Shown here piece by piece: positions 47,881-60,892 of a DNA stretch of 64,000 bases. Source of the DNA: Eledone cirrhosa (lineage: Eukaryota); the NCBI GenBank assembly GCA_964016885.1, contig OZ024745.1:121644001-121708000 (forward strand). The letters are read 5' to 3'. How positions within the stretch are numbered: position 1 is the stretch's first letter; each line of letters starts with the position of its first letter. A model generated the notes under the pieces. That model saw nothing but the letters and a program-made list of their open reading frames with translations, did not search any database and was not told the DNA's origin. A program made the translations under genes and the position numbers.

Positions 47881-49037
47881 GATGATTTCTTTATAATAAT
47901 TATTGCTTTTTTGTTCTTTTATAAAATGTTTTGTTATTGAAATTCTCCAATAAGATCTATCACTGAAAAGATTGTTATATATATTTTTGACATGTAATGA
48001 GAACATGATGGAAGTCAACGACAAAAGTAATATACCTAATTTTCTTATATAATCAACAGTTGTGTTTTATAAAACATTATATTTGTAAATTTCTTTGTTC
48101 TTTCTTATTATGTTGGTTATAAAAGATTATTACACACTAAGGAATGGTTAGATGAGTTAATAACTAACTAATATCTATAGCCTGAATATTCAATTTTTTT
48201 TTGTAGTATTAACATAAGGGTAAGCACTATAGAGTGGTGGAAAGCTACAGGCAAGTCAAGACCACAATCTAGTGTCAATGACTATGTATTTATTTTTGCA
48301 ACAAAAAGCACCCAGTCCACACTGTAAAATGGTTGTGTAGGAGACACAGTAAAAAGACCAATTCCACATCAAATGGAACAAAACCTTCTAACCCATGCTA
48401 GCATGGAAGATGGATGTTAAACGATGATGATGATGTACTGCTAATATTCTCAGACAAGGCATAAATATCACAACAGCCATTTACTTATTTAAAATTTTAG
48501 ACTCTATATATTAACAAAGCAATAGAGATACTCATATAACATATGTCAAAAACTGAAATGACAGTAGTACCTATAGCCTTGTAAGACTAGAATTCACCAA
48601 CTAAACTGTCCCTGGTTTTTTGCCCACATTTTCCTGGGAGGGATATGGGGGCAGTGTCCTCAAGCATGACTTTGAGCAGGTGCTGTCAGAAGCAACTGTT
48701 TCCAATTGATCCAGCTGGATCCCCAAACAAGACCAGCCGAGCTCATGTTAAATTATCTTCCAAATGCTAGCTTAATAAAAAGTTAGTTATATTACTAAGT
48801 CCCTCTAAATTTGTGTCATTCATTAGAAATATGGCACGAAAGGGTCAATCTGAGTATTTGCTAAGGAGGAATTCTACAAAGGCAATAAGTAATAATTTTT
48901 GTTTGTTTAGTTTTTCTTCATAGATGGTTAGCAAATTATGAGTTAGAAAATCTTTAAAAGCCATTTACAGATTGGTTTAATGCAAAAATAGTAAATATTG
49001 TTATAAGAAATGGCAAGATAACTGGATATCATTTCTT

Positions 49038-49338
49038 TTAACCCCTTAGCATTTAAACCGACCATTTCTGGCCAGTATTCTCACACCTTTTTCTGTTCAA
49101 ACCAGCCATAACTGGCAACTCATACTGATGTTTAGGTATTGTTCTCAAAATAAATATCATCAAAATCTCATAGATTTGATATGCCTTTACTGTGAAAATA
49201 CAATAGTATATGTAGAGTAAAGGGTTAAAATACAATAGTATATATAGAATAAAGGGTTAACATACAATAGTATATATCGAGTAAAGGGTTAAAATACAAT
49301 AGTATATATATAGAGTAATGTAAATGCTAAAGGGTTAA
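49038..49338 (-). mobile_element. piggyBac-type MITE family 1 with tandemly reiterated terminal segments
   Basis: Starts TTAACCCCTTAGCATTTAAAC; the ~32-bp aatacaatagtatata..agagtaaagggttaa segment occurs about 4 times. Confidence 0.75.
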
Positions 49339-50064
49339 CATTTCTGTAACTAGAATCATTTTCTGAATAATGTACATGTTTCTTCCTTTTTCTATTGATT
49401 TGGCACTAATGGTTGTGTATAAAGTGTTTTTTTTCGTATAGAAAAATGAAATTAAATAAAACTTTGAACAAAGAGCCACTGTACAAAATTTTGGTAAAGA
49501 TTCAGCTATGTTTGAATTCTTTTTTAATTTGTTACAGGTTTGTTGCAGTATAATATTGAGATATAACATCAGAATTATACAATTATATTAACATGAAAAA
49601 TCATAATTCTTTATGATGATGATGACTGCCATCACATGACATAGGTTTTGCTGAGATAGTAAAACTGTGTCTTTTGAAAAAGGTTGTGAAAAAGAAACTA
49701 GTACAGCTGGTAGTGTGTTACAAAAGTGCTCTGCCCATTATTTCTGAAGTTGTATGTATGGATCTGTAACTCTTGGTGGAGTTGTAGGGGCACCATAGTG
49801 ACACACAGCGTGTCTTGGGCATTTTAAACCTGGTGGAACCCATCTTCTCTTTAGGTTTGAACACAGCTGATTTCTTCCATTGAAGAGATAGTTTTAAAGA
49901 TGAAGTGAGAAAAAGATATGGAGGAAGAACTGATCCAAATACTAGACTGGTTCTTTTTTATTGCCCTCGGAATGGATAACAGGCAAAGTTGACCTCAGCG
50001 AGTTTTGAACTCAGAGCGCACAGAGTCAGAATGAATACTGCAAAGAAAATACAGTGTACCCCTA

Positions 50065-51122
50065 GCATTCGCAGTCCCGACATTCACAGACCTGACATTC
50101 ACAATCCTGACATTCACAATCCTGACATTCACTGTCCCGACATTCACAGACCTGACATTCACAGTCCTGACATTCACAGTTCTGACGTTCACGGTCCTGA
50201 CATTCACAGACCCGACATTCACAGTCCTGACATTCACAGTCCTGACATTCACAGTCCTGACATTCACAGTTCTGACGTTCACGGTCCTGACATTCACAGA
50301 CCCGACATTCACAGTCCTGACATTCACAGTCCCGATATTCACAGTCCTGACATTCACAGTCCTGACATTCACAGTCCTGACATTCACAGTCCTGACATTC
50401 ACGGTCCTGACATTCACAGACCCGACATTCACAGTCCTGACATTCACAGACCCGACATTCACAGTTCTGACATTCACAGTCCTGACATTCACAGTCCTGA
50501 CATTCACAGTCCCGACATTCACAGTCCTGACATTCACAGTCCTGACATTCACGGTCCTGACATTCACAGACCTGACATTCAGTCCTGACATTCACAGTCC
50601 TGACATTCACAGTCCTGACATTCACAGTCCTGACATTCACAGTCCCGACATTCACAGATCTGACATTCAGTCCTGACATTCACTGTCCTGACATTCACAG
50701 TCCCGATATTCACTGTCCTGACATTCACAGTCCTGACATTCATGGTCCTGACATTCACAGTCCCGACATTCGCTGTCCTGACATTCACAGTCCTGACATT
50801 CGCTGTCCTGACATTCACAGTCCCGACATTCGCTGTCCTGACATTCACAGTCCCAACTTTCACAGTCCTGATATTCACAGTCCTGACATTCACAGTCCTG
50901 ATATTCACAGTTCTGACGTTCACAGTCCTGACATTCATGGTCCTGACATTCACAGTCCTGACATTCACAGTCCTGACATTCACAGTCCTGATATTCACAG
51001 TTCTGACGTTCACAGTCCTGACATTCATGGTCCTGACATTCACAGTCCTGACATTCACAGTCCTGACATTCACAGTCCCGACATTCACAGTCCCGATATT
51101 CACAGTCCTGACATTCGCTGTC
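50065..51122. repeat. 15-bp minisatellite (cctgacattcacagt)n, about 70 copies
   Basis: Seen directly; two 13-bp variant units near 50571 and 50660 shift the register. Confidence 0.95.
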
Positions 51123-51149
51123 CCTGTTATTCACCCAATTTTCCTCAGA

Positions 51150-52400
51150 ACCTAACTAATAATTGAGAGAACAATCCACGGGCAATTCAGGTACCCCACC
51201 AATCCTGAGCCACCTGACGCCTCAAGGGCACCCAGGAAGGGCACTCCTCTCCTCCTCAAATCAACCAGCTAACAGACGTAATGCTCACAGCAGGCCTTGT
51301 CACATAGGCCATTTTCGCCACATTCATCCACCTTTAAACAAATGTACTAGTGGACAGCACTTCTCTCTCCACCCTCACCTTCCTTCCCAAGTTGATGAGG
51401 GATTGGTTGAAGAGAATAGTGCCTCTCTTCAGTTTTTACAACCGGGTCCACCATAAATCCACTTTCGTTACGGCCACCAGACAGAAAGAAACTGCCTACC
51501 CATCCCGGCCAAAAGAAGGTGGCGGAGCAATCTTCATTACAGACTCAGTTGATAGCCGGATCCATTCTACATGCGACAACAGCTGTTCAACATAATTTTA
51601 CAAGTCAGTAATGCATGGACACTGATGAGTGCATGCAGAATGGTTTTGTCACTCTGTGCGCATCTCAGGCAGGTCCATCTGACAGCACTTCCATGCCTGC
51701 AGAGTTTATCTCTAATCGGCAGTGCCTTCTCAAGCAAGGGATATCCATAGTCCCTGGCTTGAAAGTCCTCTGAAACAGACTGGACAGTTCAACTTTGTCG
51801 ACACTCAGGGTCTTTGAGTGTGTAGTTGCACATGCCCACCACTAATCTTCTATAGAACTTTAGAATGGAAGTTCCACTGACTGCATTGGTAGAGGGCAGT
51901 GAGCGCCAGGCAACATTATAGATGCCAGGCACTGAGTCTCGGTCTCTTCTTGACCCAGGACTGCAGCTCAGTCAAACGACCACACCTGTTCACTATTTTG
52001 ACAGAGATGCCGCAGCCTCAGTATATGTTTGCACATCATCAGCCAGCTGCCTTGAAGACAGCCTCCAGGTATTGATGGTCGACCCTATCAAAAGCTTTCA
52101 ATTGATCTAAATTGATCAGAACCCTACTGAGGCTACGTTTACAACCCGCCATCTCTATGATGTATCGCATGAGGTGGAGGTTGTCCTGTATAGACCTGGT
52201 CGGGATTGTGTAAGTTTGCGCCTCCCCTGGCAAATCCTCAATAACAAGCGCCAACCTCTTTGCTAACATCTTGGCCAAAATCTTAAACTCTGTGTTGGGC
52301 CTGAAATTATCTAAAGTATCTCTCTTGTTCTCGTCTTTCCTTATCAGTGTCACTACACCTTGGCTTACAGAGCTGGGAATACTCCTGTTCTGCTGTCATT
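51150..52400 (-). mobile_element. Degraded L1/Tx1-clade LINE (RT N-part and C-terminal zinc-finger region, internally deleted)
   Basis: TLIRKD..DNFRP..KILAKMLAKRL..QTYTIPTRSIQDNLHLMR..LINLDQLKAFDRVDHQYL. Confidence 0.85.
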
Positions 52401-52739
52401 TGCAGTAGAGCACTTCAGCGAGATTGTAGAACAAGTCAGGTATATCTACGTAAACTTGTAGGGAAGACCACCCAAACTTGGTTACTTGTATCTTGTGGAG
52501 CCGACTAGGGTATCCTGAATTATGGCTAAAATTATTGCTTTTTGCAGTGCTTAGTATCAACCATTGAGAGACGCAATAGGCCATTGAGGTAGGGACTGAA
52601 GTCCGCCATTGTCTCCGACCCACTACTCCCCCAGAACATCCAAACAAATTAACTTCTACGCCTGGGTCAACTATTACTCCCTGTCTATTATGCCCACTTG
52701 AAAAAATGGTTTGGTTTTAGCAGCCACAGCTGCTTATGA

Positions 52740-52990
52740 GTTCTTGTTCATGTTGTTGTTGGTGGTGGTCATTTTTGGCTTATCGCCTTCTTTTTTCTCT
52801 ACATTGTTTTTGGTGTTGTTGTCATTATTGTTGTTGTTGTCACTGCTGCAGTTGGTGTCGGTGTTCTTCTTGGTGTGGTTGTTGTTGTTGTTGTTTTCAT
52901 TGTTGCAGTTGGTGTTATTGTTTTTAATCACGTTGTTGTTTTCCTCATTTATTTTATTGTTGTTCATGTTATTTGTTGTGGTGTTGCTAA
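52740..52990. repeat. Degenerate (TTG)n low-complexity tract
   Basis: Seen directly. Confidence 0.85.
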
Positions 52991-53354
52991 ATTCATTTTA
53001 TTTCCATGTTGTATTTGTAGTTGAAATAGTCTTTTGTTTGACCCTACATGTATTTTTGTCCCTCCTCTCACCTTTCAAGTCACTATCACATGACGGCAGA
53101 CTTAGTATTGGGGGTTGCCTGTCTCGTCCATTTTTTTTTTAAATGGCAAAAAAATACAAAGTTCAAATATTTGGGCCAAAGACCCAAATATTATAAAGTC
53201 TCCCCTTCACAGAGCACAGAGGAAGTCTTACGACCCCTTAGCAATAAAAAAATAGTAAATGCAAATTTAAAAAAAGAAACAACTCAAATTCACTAACTCA
53301 CGGAGCTTCCAAAAACATGTCTTCTCTTGCCAATGACCAATAATAATAAAATAA

Positions 53355-53748
53355 TAATTGTTTCTACTTTTGGCACAATGCCAGCAATTACCCAGTGCAT
53401 TACTGGTACTTTATTTTATTGACCCCGTAAGGATGAAAGGCAAAGTTAACCTCGGTGGGATTTGAACTCAGAATGGCAAGGGCCGTAACTCTGTGTCAAA
53501 GCATGGCATCTGACCCTCTACCGATACTGCCAATCCACCGCCCTTTTAATAATAATAAAATAATAATTGTTTCTACTTTTGGCACAAGGCCAGCAATTAT
53601 CCCAATACATTACTGGTACTTTATTTTATCGACCACGTAAGGATGAAAGGCAAAGTTAACCTCGGCGGGATTTGAACTCAGTTCGTAAAGGGGCGTAACC
53701 ATGGGGTGTAAGCATGTCGTCGAACCCCCTACCGATACTGCCAATCCA
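53355..53748 (-). mobile_element. Two head-to-tail SINE family A copies
   Basis: Each has A-box and B-box; separated and flanked by aataaaataataat. Confidence 0.85.
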
Positions 53749-53799
53749 AATAAAATAATAATGATTTAAAGAAATCATTATTATTTTATTATTATTAAC

Positions 53800-55210
53800 C
53801 ACAAAGGGTTTACACCAAGAAAAACATTAAGACAGTACAGGGTACAGGACAAAAACATAGTGTGTGTATGTGTTTGTATTGGTGTGTGGGTTTTGCATGT
53901 TAACAAATTTTAACAATGTTAAAAAAAAGATAATAAAATTAAAACAAAGAAGGTTACTGAATAGGGAGGAGATGTTCAAGGGTCATTCGTGGAAAAAACC
54001 CTATAAAACTATGTATGCCCTGATCTCTAGGGTAAGTGCTCTGTCCCAGTTATACACTTCCAATGTACAGGCTCATACTCAGAGTGGGCCCATTCACTCG
54101 GGCCATGCTTGTTTCTCTTACTCACCTTTCAACAAATTGCTTTGAAGGCAGCTCTTCTCTTTCCACTCTGATTTTTCTCCGAAACCTGAAGAAGTTAATC
54201 AGGGCTTCGCCAAAGAGGGTAGTGCTCGTCTTCAAGCTTTTCAAGCATGTCCACCATACAACCTCTTTTGCTATGGCCACAAGACATAAAAACAGCCTGC
54301 CCAACTTGACTAAAAGAAGGCAGTGAGACAATCTTCACAGTGTACTTGGTTGAGAACCAGATTTGTCCTACATGTAACAGCAGGTATTTGTCATAAACTA
54401 ACAAGTCAGCAATGCTCGGTCACTGGACGATTGTGTGCAGGACAGTTTTGTTGCCTTGCACGCATCTTGGACAGGCCAGTCTGACAGCACTTCCATGTTT
54501 GTAGAGTTTATCTCGAACTGGCAAAGCTCCTTGGTAGCACTGCCAGGCCAGGGATTTCTGGAAATTATCCATGGGCCCTGGACCGAGAGTCCGTCCGAAA
54601 AGAGTGGCTAGTTGACTTTCGTCGATGTCTAGAGTTTCTCCAAGAATGTTATCACTTTTATTCACCACTAACCCTCTATAGAATGCCAAAGTAGAGTTTC
54701 CATTGATCATATTGTCCACATGTCTGCGCATCATTAGCCATGGCATTCCCAGTCCTCCATGCAGGGGCTGTTGACAGCAGATGGACTGCCTGACCATGGA
54801 CAGCTGGTGGGGCTGGACTGAGGAGATGGCAAAAGGCCAGATGGAATGACCATCTTCCCGTTCTGCGGTGGTAAACCCCTTGTCTAGGATGTCACAAGCA
54901 GCGACAGCCTGGTTCAGTCTGTGACTAACCCAGGCTCTGCTGCACTTCGGGCTCTCTCTGCTGCACTCGGTCGCTCTCCAACAGGTTTGCAGTCGAGCTC
55001 ATAGCAGTAAAGACTTCTGGTGTCCTTGGCTCTAGGACCACCTCCCTACTCACCACCTTTGGCGCAGATCTGGCTAGCCGCAGGTGTGGTCTTGCGAGCT
55101 GGAATGACTCTTCCAGCGCATCTTCCTCACCATCCTCCGGGGAAACACCTTCTCTATTCAGTCAACCAAGGCAGCCAGCACATGGGACCTCATTTGTTCA
55201 TAATAGGGTG
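53800..55210 (-). mobile_element. Second L1/Tx1-clade LINE relic (3' end and zf-RVT region, large internal deletion)
   Basis: SICCQQPLHGGLGMP, FQKSLAWQCYQGALPVRDKL..CPRC...TVLHTIVQ, AKEVVWW; homologous to 51400-51760. Confidence 0.8.
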
Positions 55211-55999
55211 AGATAAGGAGGGTGGGAAAGATGGAGGCGATGACAGTGGGAGTTTGGTTCCTGTGTTCGGACCTGGTGTACATGTATGTGTAAATTTACA
55301 CTTATTCATAAGGTTTGTAGAAAATAATAGAAGTTAATTAATATTGTGTCCTAGAAATAAATGATTGAAATACCAATTTTATCTTTAATCACTTCCATGT
55401 GTCAATAATCAATATAAAATATATCTCTTATGCAACCCATTTATTTATGAAAACGCAAATTTCCTTTTGTATGATTGTTCATATATTCGGTATATGAACA
55501 ATCATCATCATCTTCTGAAGATGACTGTTCATACATCTGGTAATGCTGCTACATATAGCATATCAATCTTGGCACACCAAAAATTGCATATGTTTCCCCC
55601 AAATAAAATATTCACATATTCTACTTTAACAAAATTAAATGCTTTCTATTTAATATCGTTTTATTTTTTTCGTATTCTAAATAAGGAAAAATAGATATAC
55701 ATAAATGACCTTACAAATGCGTAAATAACATTATAAATCGCTCTCAATTCGTTCAGAAGAAGGGAGGACAACTGAATAATAGAATGAACTCTATAGATAA
55801 TGAACACAACCACAAGGATATGGTCCGAACGTGGAAGAGCCGCACTCTCACTGTCATCGCCTCCACCCCCTCGCCCTCATATAATGTCTAAACCGTGTAT
55901 CACACAATAATTGTTTCTACTTTTGGCACAAGGCCAGCAATTATCCCAGTGCATTACTGGTACTTTATTTTATCGACCCAAATTCATTGAACAATAATG

Positions 56000-56277
56000 A
56001 TAAAGGAAAGAAAAAGGAAGTAAGAAAAAACAAGTGCAGGGGACAATTCACCACCAAGTGTGATAATCGGCCGCACCTCACGCCTTAGGCAACACTTGAG
56101 GCAAGCCATCACGCTCGCAACATTACCACGGGTGATGGCGAGGCTAAGGCGCTGAAATAACCAGGCACCCTCACGGGCATCACCCGACACCCCAGTAAGG
56201 TGAGCTGCTAATGATAACAAGAACTTCGCTGTCAGCGGCCCAACTCCACCGAACGTCTCAAACGTCACAGGCTGGAA
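56000..56277 (-). mobile_element. CRE-like LINE RLE 3' fragment
   Basis: [38 protein letters not shown]. Confidence 0.8.
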
Positions 56278-56541
56278 AAAATAATTATTTGATAATAAAT
56301 AACAAAATCACAAAATATTCTCATTTTACCTCATAATGAATTAAATAATTTCCATTTTACTCCATACAAAACAGAGCGTCGCATAAAATGGTTTGCGGTG
56401 TTTAGCTTCGGCCCTGTACGTACCGAGTTCAGATCCCGCCGATGTCAACTTTGCCTTTTGTCCCTCTGCGGTCAATAAATAAAAACCAGTTTGGTATTGA
56501 GTCGATATAATCGACTGCTTTCTTCATACCGTAAAAAGTAC

Positions 56542-56732
56542 TGCGGTGGATTGGCAGTATAGCTAGAGCGTCAGACACCAAGCTTTGCAGTATAGAGTTA
56601 TGGCCCTTTACATTCTGAGTTTAAATCCCGCCGAGGTTAACTTTGTCTTTCATTCTTACGAGATCGATAAAATAAAGCACAGTACTGCACTGGGGAAATT
56701 GCTGGCCTTGTGCCCAAAGTAGAAACAATTAT
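56542..56732 (+). mobile_element. SINE family A
   Basis: Family consensus. Confidence 0.8.
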
Positions 56733-57593
56733 TTCATCTGAACAAATTTCTTCTTTGCCCACTTCAGTTTAAATCTTGGAAAATCGAGGACACTGTAACT
56801 AAAATTCGACCGAAGCATTAAAAATAGTTCTTCCGCCAGCCTTATCACAGCAGAAATAATTGTTCTTTCGCTTGCCGTAGAACAGCAGAATAAAGTTATT
56901 CCGCCGACTCTCAAACAATCTCAAATACTATTTTAGATTAACAATCGTGTCAGTAATGTGCTGTACACAATTAGTAGTATTTAATCTGTAGACCTAATAA
57001 CAACTCTTAAGATTACACACTTGAACTCGTGTCACCAAACGAGTATTAGATGTAAAGTAAACCTCTTTTCCGGAACAGACAATAGCGAGGCAAACAAAAT
57101 GCTCAACAGAGTTTAGTTCACTACATTTTCTTTCATTCAAAGGCCATGTGGTGGACTTTAATTTTTATTTCTTCATTGGGAATAACATTAGAGTCGTTCG
57201 ACCTTACAAAAAGGTTTTGTACAAAAGAAGGGAATTATTTTAGTTCCCAGAATAAGGACAAATAATTAGACTAACTTAAGAGGAAAAGACTGATTATATA
57301 AACACCGAAATATATTTGAAGAACAATTTGTATGAGAGGGAACAGTAAGATATTCTCAGAAGAAATATATTCAATTCAAATTTTTATACAACTCCATTTT
57401 GAACGCATTCATGGTAAAACGCGCCAAATAATTTAAACGTTATATAAATAACCTATCGCGTTTATTCAAATTCTTTAGTTGTAGAAAAGCGACCTCTTAA
57501 GATGTGCGATTTCTTTACATCATTTGATTTATAATAGTAACTGGATAAGTTAAAAATATAAAAAATTTCTCCTGAATATATACTTTCATCAAA

Positions 57594-59243
57594 ATGAAGA
57601 CTCTTAACGAATCTTCTTTTGGTGGAAGTGCGCCTCAGTCCACATCTCTTTACAGCTGGAATCAGAAAATAATGGGAAACTCTACGGAAGATCCATTGTC
57701 TAAAGATACACGTAGTCAGATCCAGTGCAATGTACAAGCAAGAGAACCCTTGATTAATGCAGCAAATTTGCCTTCTATTGCTCAAAGTCAATCTGTATAC
57801 CCACCAAAAGATTACGCTACGGCACCACCATATATTCGCCAGTCACTTAATATTTTACCATGGAGACCCGCGACCTATTATCAAGCTGCCAAAGTCAATA
57901 TGTCTCGACCAAATATGAAAAGAATTGATCCAATCTGTGGTTGTTCACAAATTGAGAAAATTGATCCTCTCTCCGTACCAGGAATATTCCAGTCAACTCG
58001 CAATGCTTTGTATACGCGTTATACACCTAAAGAATGGTCAGATTCTAATTATTCGAACTATAAATCGTCGGACTATCTACGACAAGGATCTGAACGACTT
58101 CGATTAAGTACTTTGCGAACATGCAGAGAAATTGAGGACAGATCTAGACGTACTTTAGGAGATGTCGGGAAAAGGCTTAGTGAGAGAATAAGTGATACCA
58201 CTTTCTGGAAAAATGAAATACTTTTAGAAACAGATGCAATGATACAAGAACTAACTATAGTAGGAGAAGCTAAACATTTACTTGAAAAGGCACTAGCTGA
58301 ATCGGAAAATGTTTTGAATATATCGCGAGAATGTCTCTATAATAGAGAAAAAAGACAAGGTATAGATCTAGTTCACGACAGTGCAGAAAAAAGCTTAATT
58401 CAAGAAGTAGAGACAATTAGGTTAAGTCAAGAAAAATTCCGGTATGTAATGGATAAAATCAGTGCGCATCTAAATCTTAATCGAGCTGCTCTACACGAAC
58501 TGGAGAAAGATGCATGTTCAAAATGTGTTGCGAACACCATAGATGAATCGGCATTTCTCATGCGGGCCCCATCTGTAGGAGTCAACTATCATTTCGGTAT
58601 TGAAAAAATTGATAATACCGTATCAACTCCTGAAACATGGTGTATGTGCACGAATAATACTATCAAACGTTCCCAAGCTGAAAGAGCATCATCAAAAAAT
58701 CTTCGAAATGAAATTGACACTACATTAGTGAATTGTTGTAATGATATGTGGCATCACTGGAACCTAACCAATGAAAATTTAAATGATCGGATTCAAGAAA
58801 CTACACTCGCAAGAAATAAATTACAGAACCACTTAGCGAAAACACTCCAGGAAATATTTGATATGAACAAAAATATTGAATACATAAAAAAATGTATACA
58901 AGACAAACAGAACCCACTTAAAATAGCACAGAGTCAATTGAATATGCGTCTACGACGCCAAGATATCGAAGCATGCCGTGACCATGCTCAGGTTTGTTTG
59001 ATAGAAGAAGTTGAAAAAATATATAACACCGTGGAACTTTTGAAAAAGAGGATGGCTAATGCTGAAGATGCTCTACAAGATTTACTTCGCTTGAAAGCAA
59101 CACTTGAAGAAAATCTCGCCATTAAGAACAACACGTTATTTCTCGACCGAGAAAAATGTCTTGCTATGAGAAGTACATTCCCCGTGTCTCCAATTTCTGC
59201 TTCTCATATTCGTACAGGATCTAACATTCTTATGAGCGGTTAA
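57594..59243 (+). CDS. TEKT3: Tektin-3/5-like axonemal microtubule inner protein, single coding exon, 549 aa
   Basis: Uninterrupted ORF with LPWRP..YY, RNALYTRYTPKEW, RISDTTFWKNE, ECLYNREKRQGIDLVHD, STPETW, KQNPLKIAQSQL, signature variant RQDIEACRD and LAIKNNTLFLDREKCL. Tektin assignment is firm; TEKT3 versus TEKT5 orthology cannot be resolved. Confidence 0.9.
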   Translation: MKTLNESSFGGSAPQSTSLYSWNQKIMGNSTEDPLSKDTRSQIQCNVQAREPLINAANLPSIAQSQSVYPPKDYATAPPYIRQSLNILPWRPATYYQAAKVNMSRPNMKRIDPICGCSQIEKIDPLSVPGIFQSTRNALYTRYTPKEWSDSNYSNYKSSDYLRQGSERLRLSTLRTCREIEDRSRRTLGDVGKRLSERISDTTFWKNEILLETDAMIQELTIVGEAKHLLEKALAESENVLNISRECLYNREKRQGIDLVHDSAEKSLIQEVETIRLSQEKFRYVMDKISAHLNLNRAALHELEKDACSKCVANTIDESAFLMRAPSVGVNYHFGIEKIDNTVSTPETWCMCTNNTIKRSQAERASSKNLRNEIDTTLVNCCNDMWHHWNLTNENLNDRIQETTLARNKLQNHLAKTLQEIFDMNKNIEYIKKCIQDKQNPLKIAQSQLNMRLRRQDIEACRDHAQVCLIEEVEKIYNTVELLKKRMANAEDALQDLLRLKATLEENLAIKNNTLFLDREKCLAMRSTFPVSPISASHIRTGSNILMSG

Positions 59244-59503
59244 TTGTATTGACTGATGAGAAATACAGCTATTTATGGCCATTATTAATTTCGCTTTCGT
59301 TTTATTTTCTTTCCTTTCACAAAAAACAAAAACAAAAAAATCTATAATTAACTCCTACCTCAAAATTTATTGTTTCCAGTGATGGGAGCGGGTTTCAAGA
59401 AACTAAAAGTATGTTAAGATCTGCGAGGTTAAAGTTGTGAAGGAAGGGGGAGTAGGATTATGCTTGCATGGAGCCCCTGGCTGAAAATTCCATCGGGCCC
59501 TTA

Positions 59504-59692
59504 ACGGTGGATTGGCAGTATCGGTAGAGGGTCGGACGCCATGCTTGACGCATAGAATTACGGCCCTTGCCATTCTGAATTCAAATCCGACCGAGGTTAA
59601 CTTTGCCTTTCATCCTTACTGGGTCGATAAAATAAAGTACCAGTAATAAACTGAGTAATTGCTGGCCTTGTGCCAAAAATAGAAACAATTAT
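59504..59692 (+). mobile_element. SINE family A
   Basis: Family consensus. Confidence 0.85.
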
Positions 59693-59924
59693 TTAAGTAG
59701 CAAAATTATTTTCGGGCCACTGGCTCCCATGCTACTTCGATTGTGTAGCATTTTTTTTTTTTGTTATACTGTATAACCGGATTCATGGCAAAACTCTCGC
59801 CGAACAAAATCACTCAGGACAATATCCCACCTCTACCGGACAAATAAACCCCCATATAGTAAATTAAATAAATCAATAAAATCAGTAAAAGGTAAAACAA
59901 AATCTATTTATAATTTTTAATATC

Positions 59925-60340
59925 ATCATCATCATCATCGTTTAACGTCCATCTTCCACGCTAGCATGGATAGGACGTGCTGTCTCTTTGTGAGGAATCA
60001 GATCGGGAACCGTGAATTCGCTCACACAGAACTGTTTCTGGCTAGATTTCTACAGCTGGATGCCTTTCCTAACGACAACCACATTTACAGTGTGCTGGGT
60101 ACTTTTTACCGTGTCGCCTACATGACCATTTTACAGTGGGGACTCGGTGCTTTTTGTCATGACACCTACACGACCACTTTACAGTGTAGACTGTGCTTTT
60201 TGTCATGACACCTACACGACCACTTTACAGTGTAGACTGGGTGCTTTTTGTCATGACACCTACACGACCACTTTACAGTGTAGACTGGGTGCTTTTTGTC
60301 GTGACACCTACACGACCAGTTTACAGCGTGGACTGGGCGC
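59925..60340 (-). mobile_element. RTE-tail element with about 4 internal ~47-bp tandem units
   Basis: (CAT)n tail, tccacgctagcatgg, repeated gtgctttttgtcatgacacctacacgaccactttacagtgtagact. Confidence 0.75.
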
Positions 60341-60892
60341 TCGCTTTTGTTATGAAACGCAATTTACCTGATACTGAATAAGTTAAAACGATAGCATTAA
60401 CATTTACCTCAAGTTAAAAAAGATAAGACATAATCTATTTGGAGGTTTTATTTTATTTTTTATTAATTTCTTACAAAACCACTTCGAAAATAACTCTTAT
60501 TACAACGATATAGGGATCCTATAAAAATATGGTATATTTGACTATAGGTCTGAAACAAGAGACCTTTAAAAACAAAACAGAAATCTCTGTTGGTTTTAGA
60601 GATGGCCATAAGACACTGGAGGTATAGTTCACATGCTTTGAGCATAATGTACGCCTTATTTGGTTTTGTTTTGTTTTTTACTATGTGGGGTTTTTGTCCT
60701 CGGTGATTTCGACCGGTGGAAATTTTATCCGTATCTCTATGAACCCTATGACATTCTGTCGTAACTCAGATAAAGATGAGAAAAGCTTATTTTGATAAAA
60801 TATGTTTCCTTGGGTTATCCATAAATTTATTGTGAACAATATTAATAGACATTTTACAACTTGATATATATATAAGTATATGCAGTGTCGTC

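Noticed and set aside
49989-51155. Long ORFs (DIHSP)n, (DCECQ)n, (VNVRT)n as real proteins
   Set aside because: They result from a 15-bp unit lacking stops in several frames; broken by 13-bp units, and the upstream part lies in a SINE remnant.
52711-53142. Leu/Val-rich membrane-like, Asn-rich and Cys-rich ORFs
   Set aside because: Translations of a degenerate (TTG)n microsatellite.
56865-56890. RFX X-box upstream of the tektin gene
   Set aside because: Only a partial match (cttgccgtagaac) to GTTGCCATGGCAAC; not distinguishable from chance.
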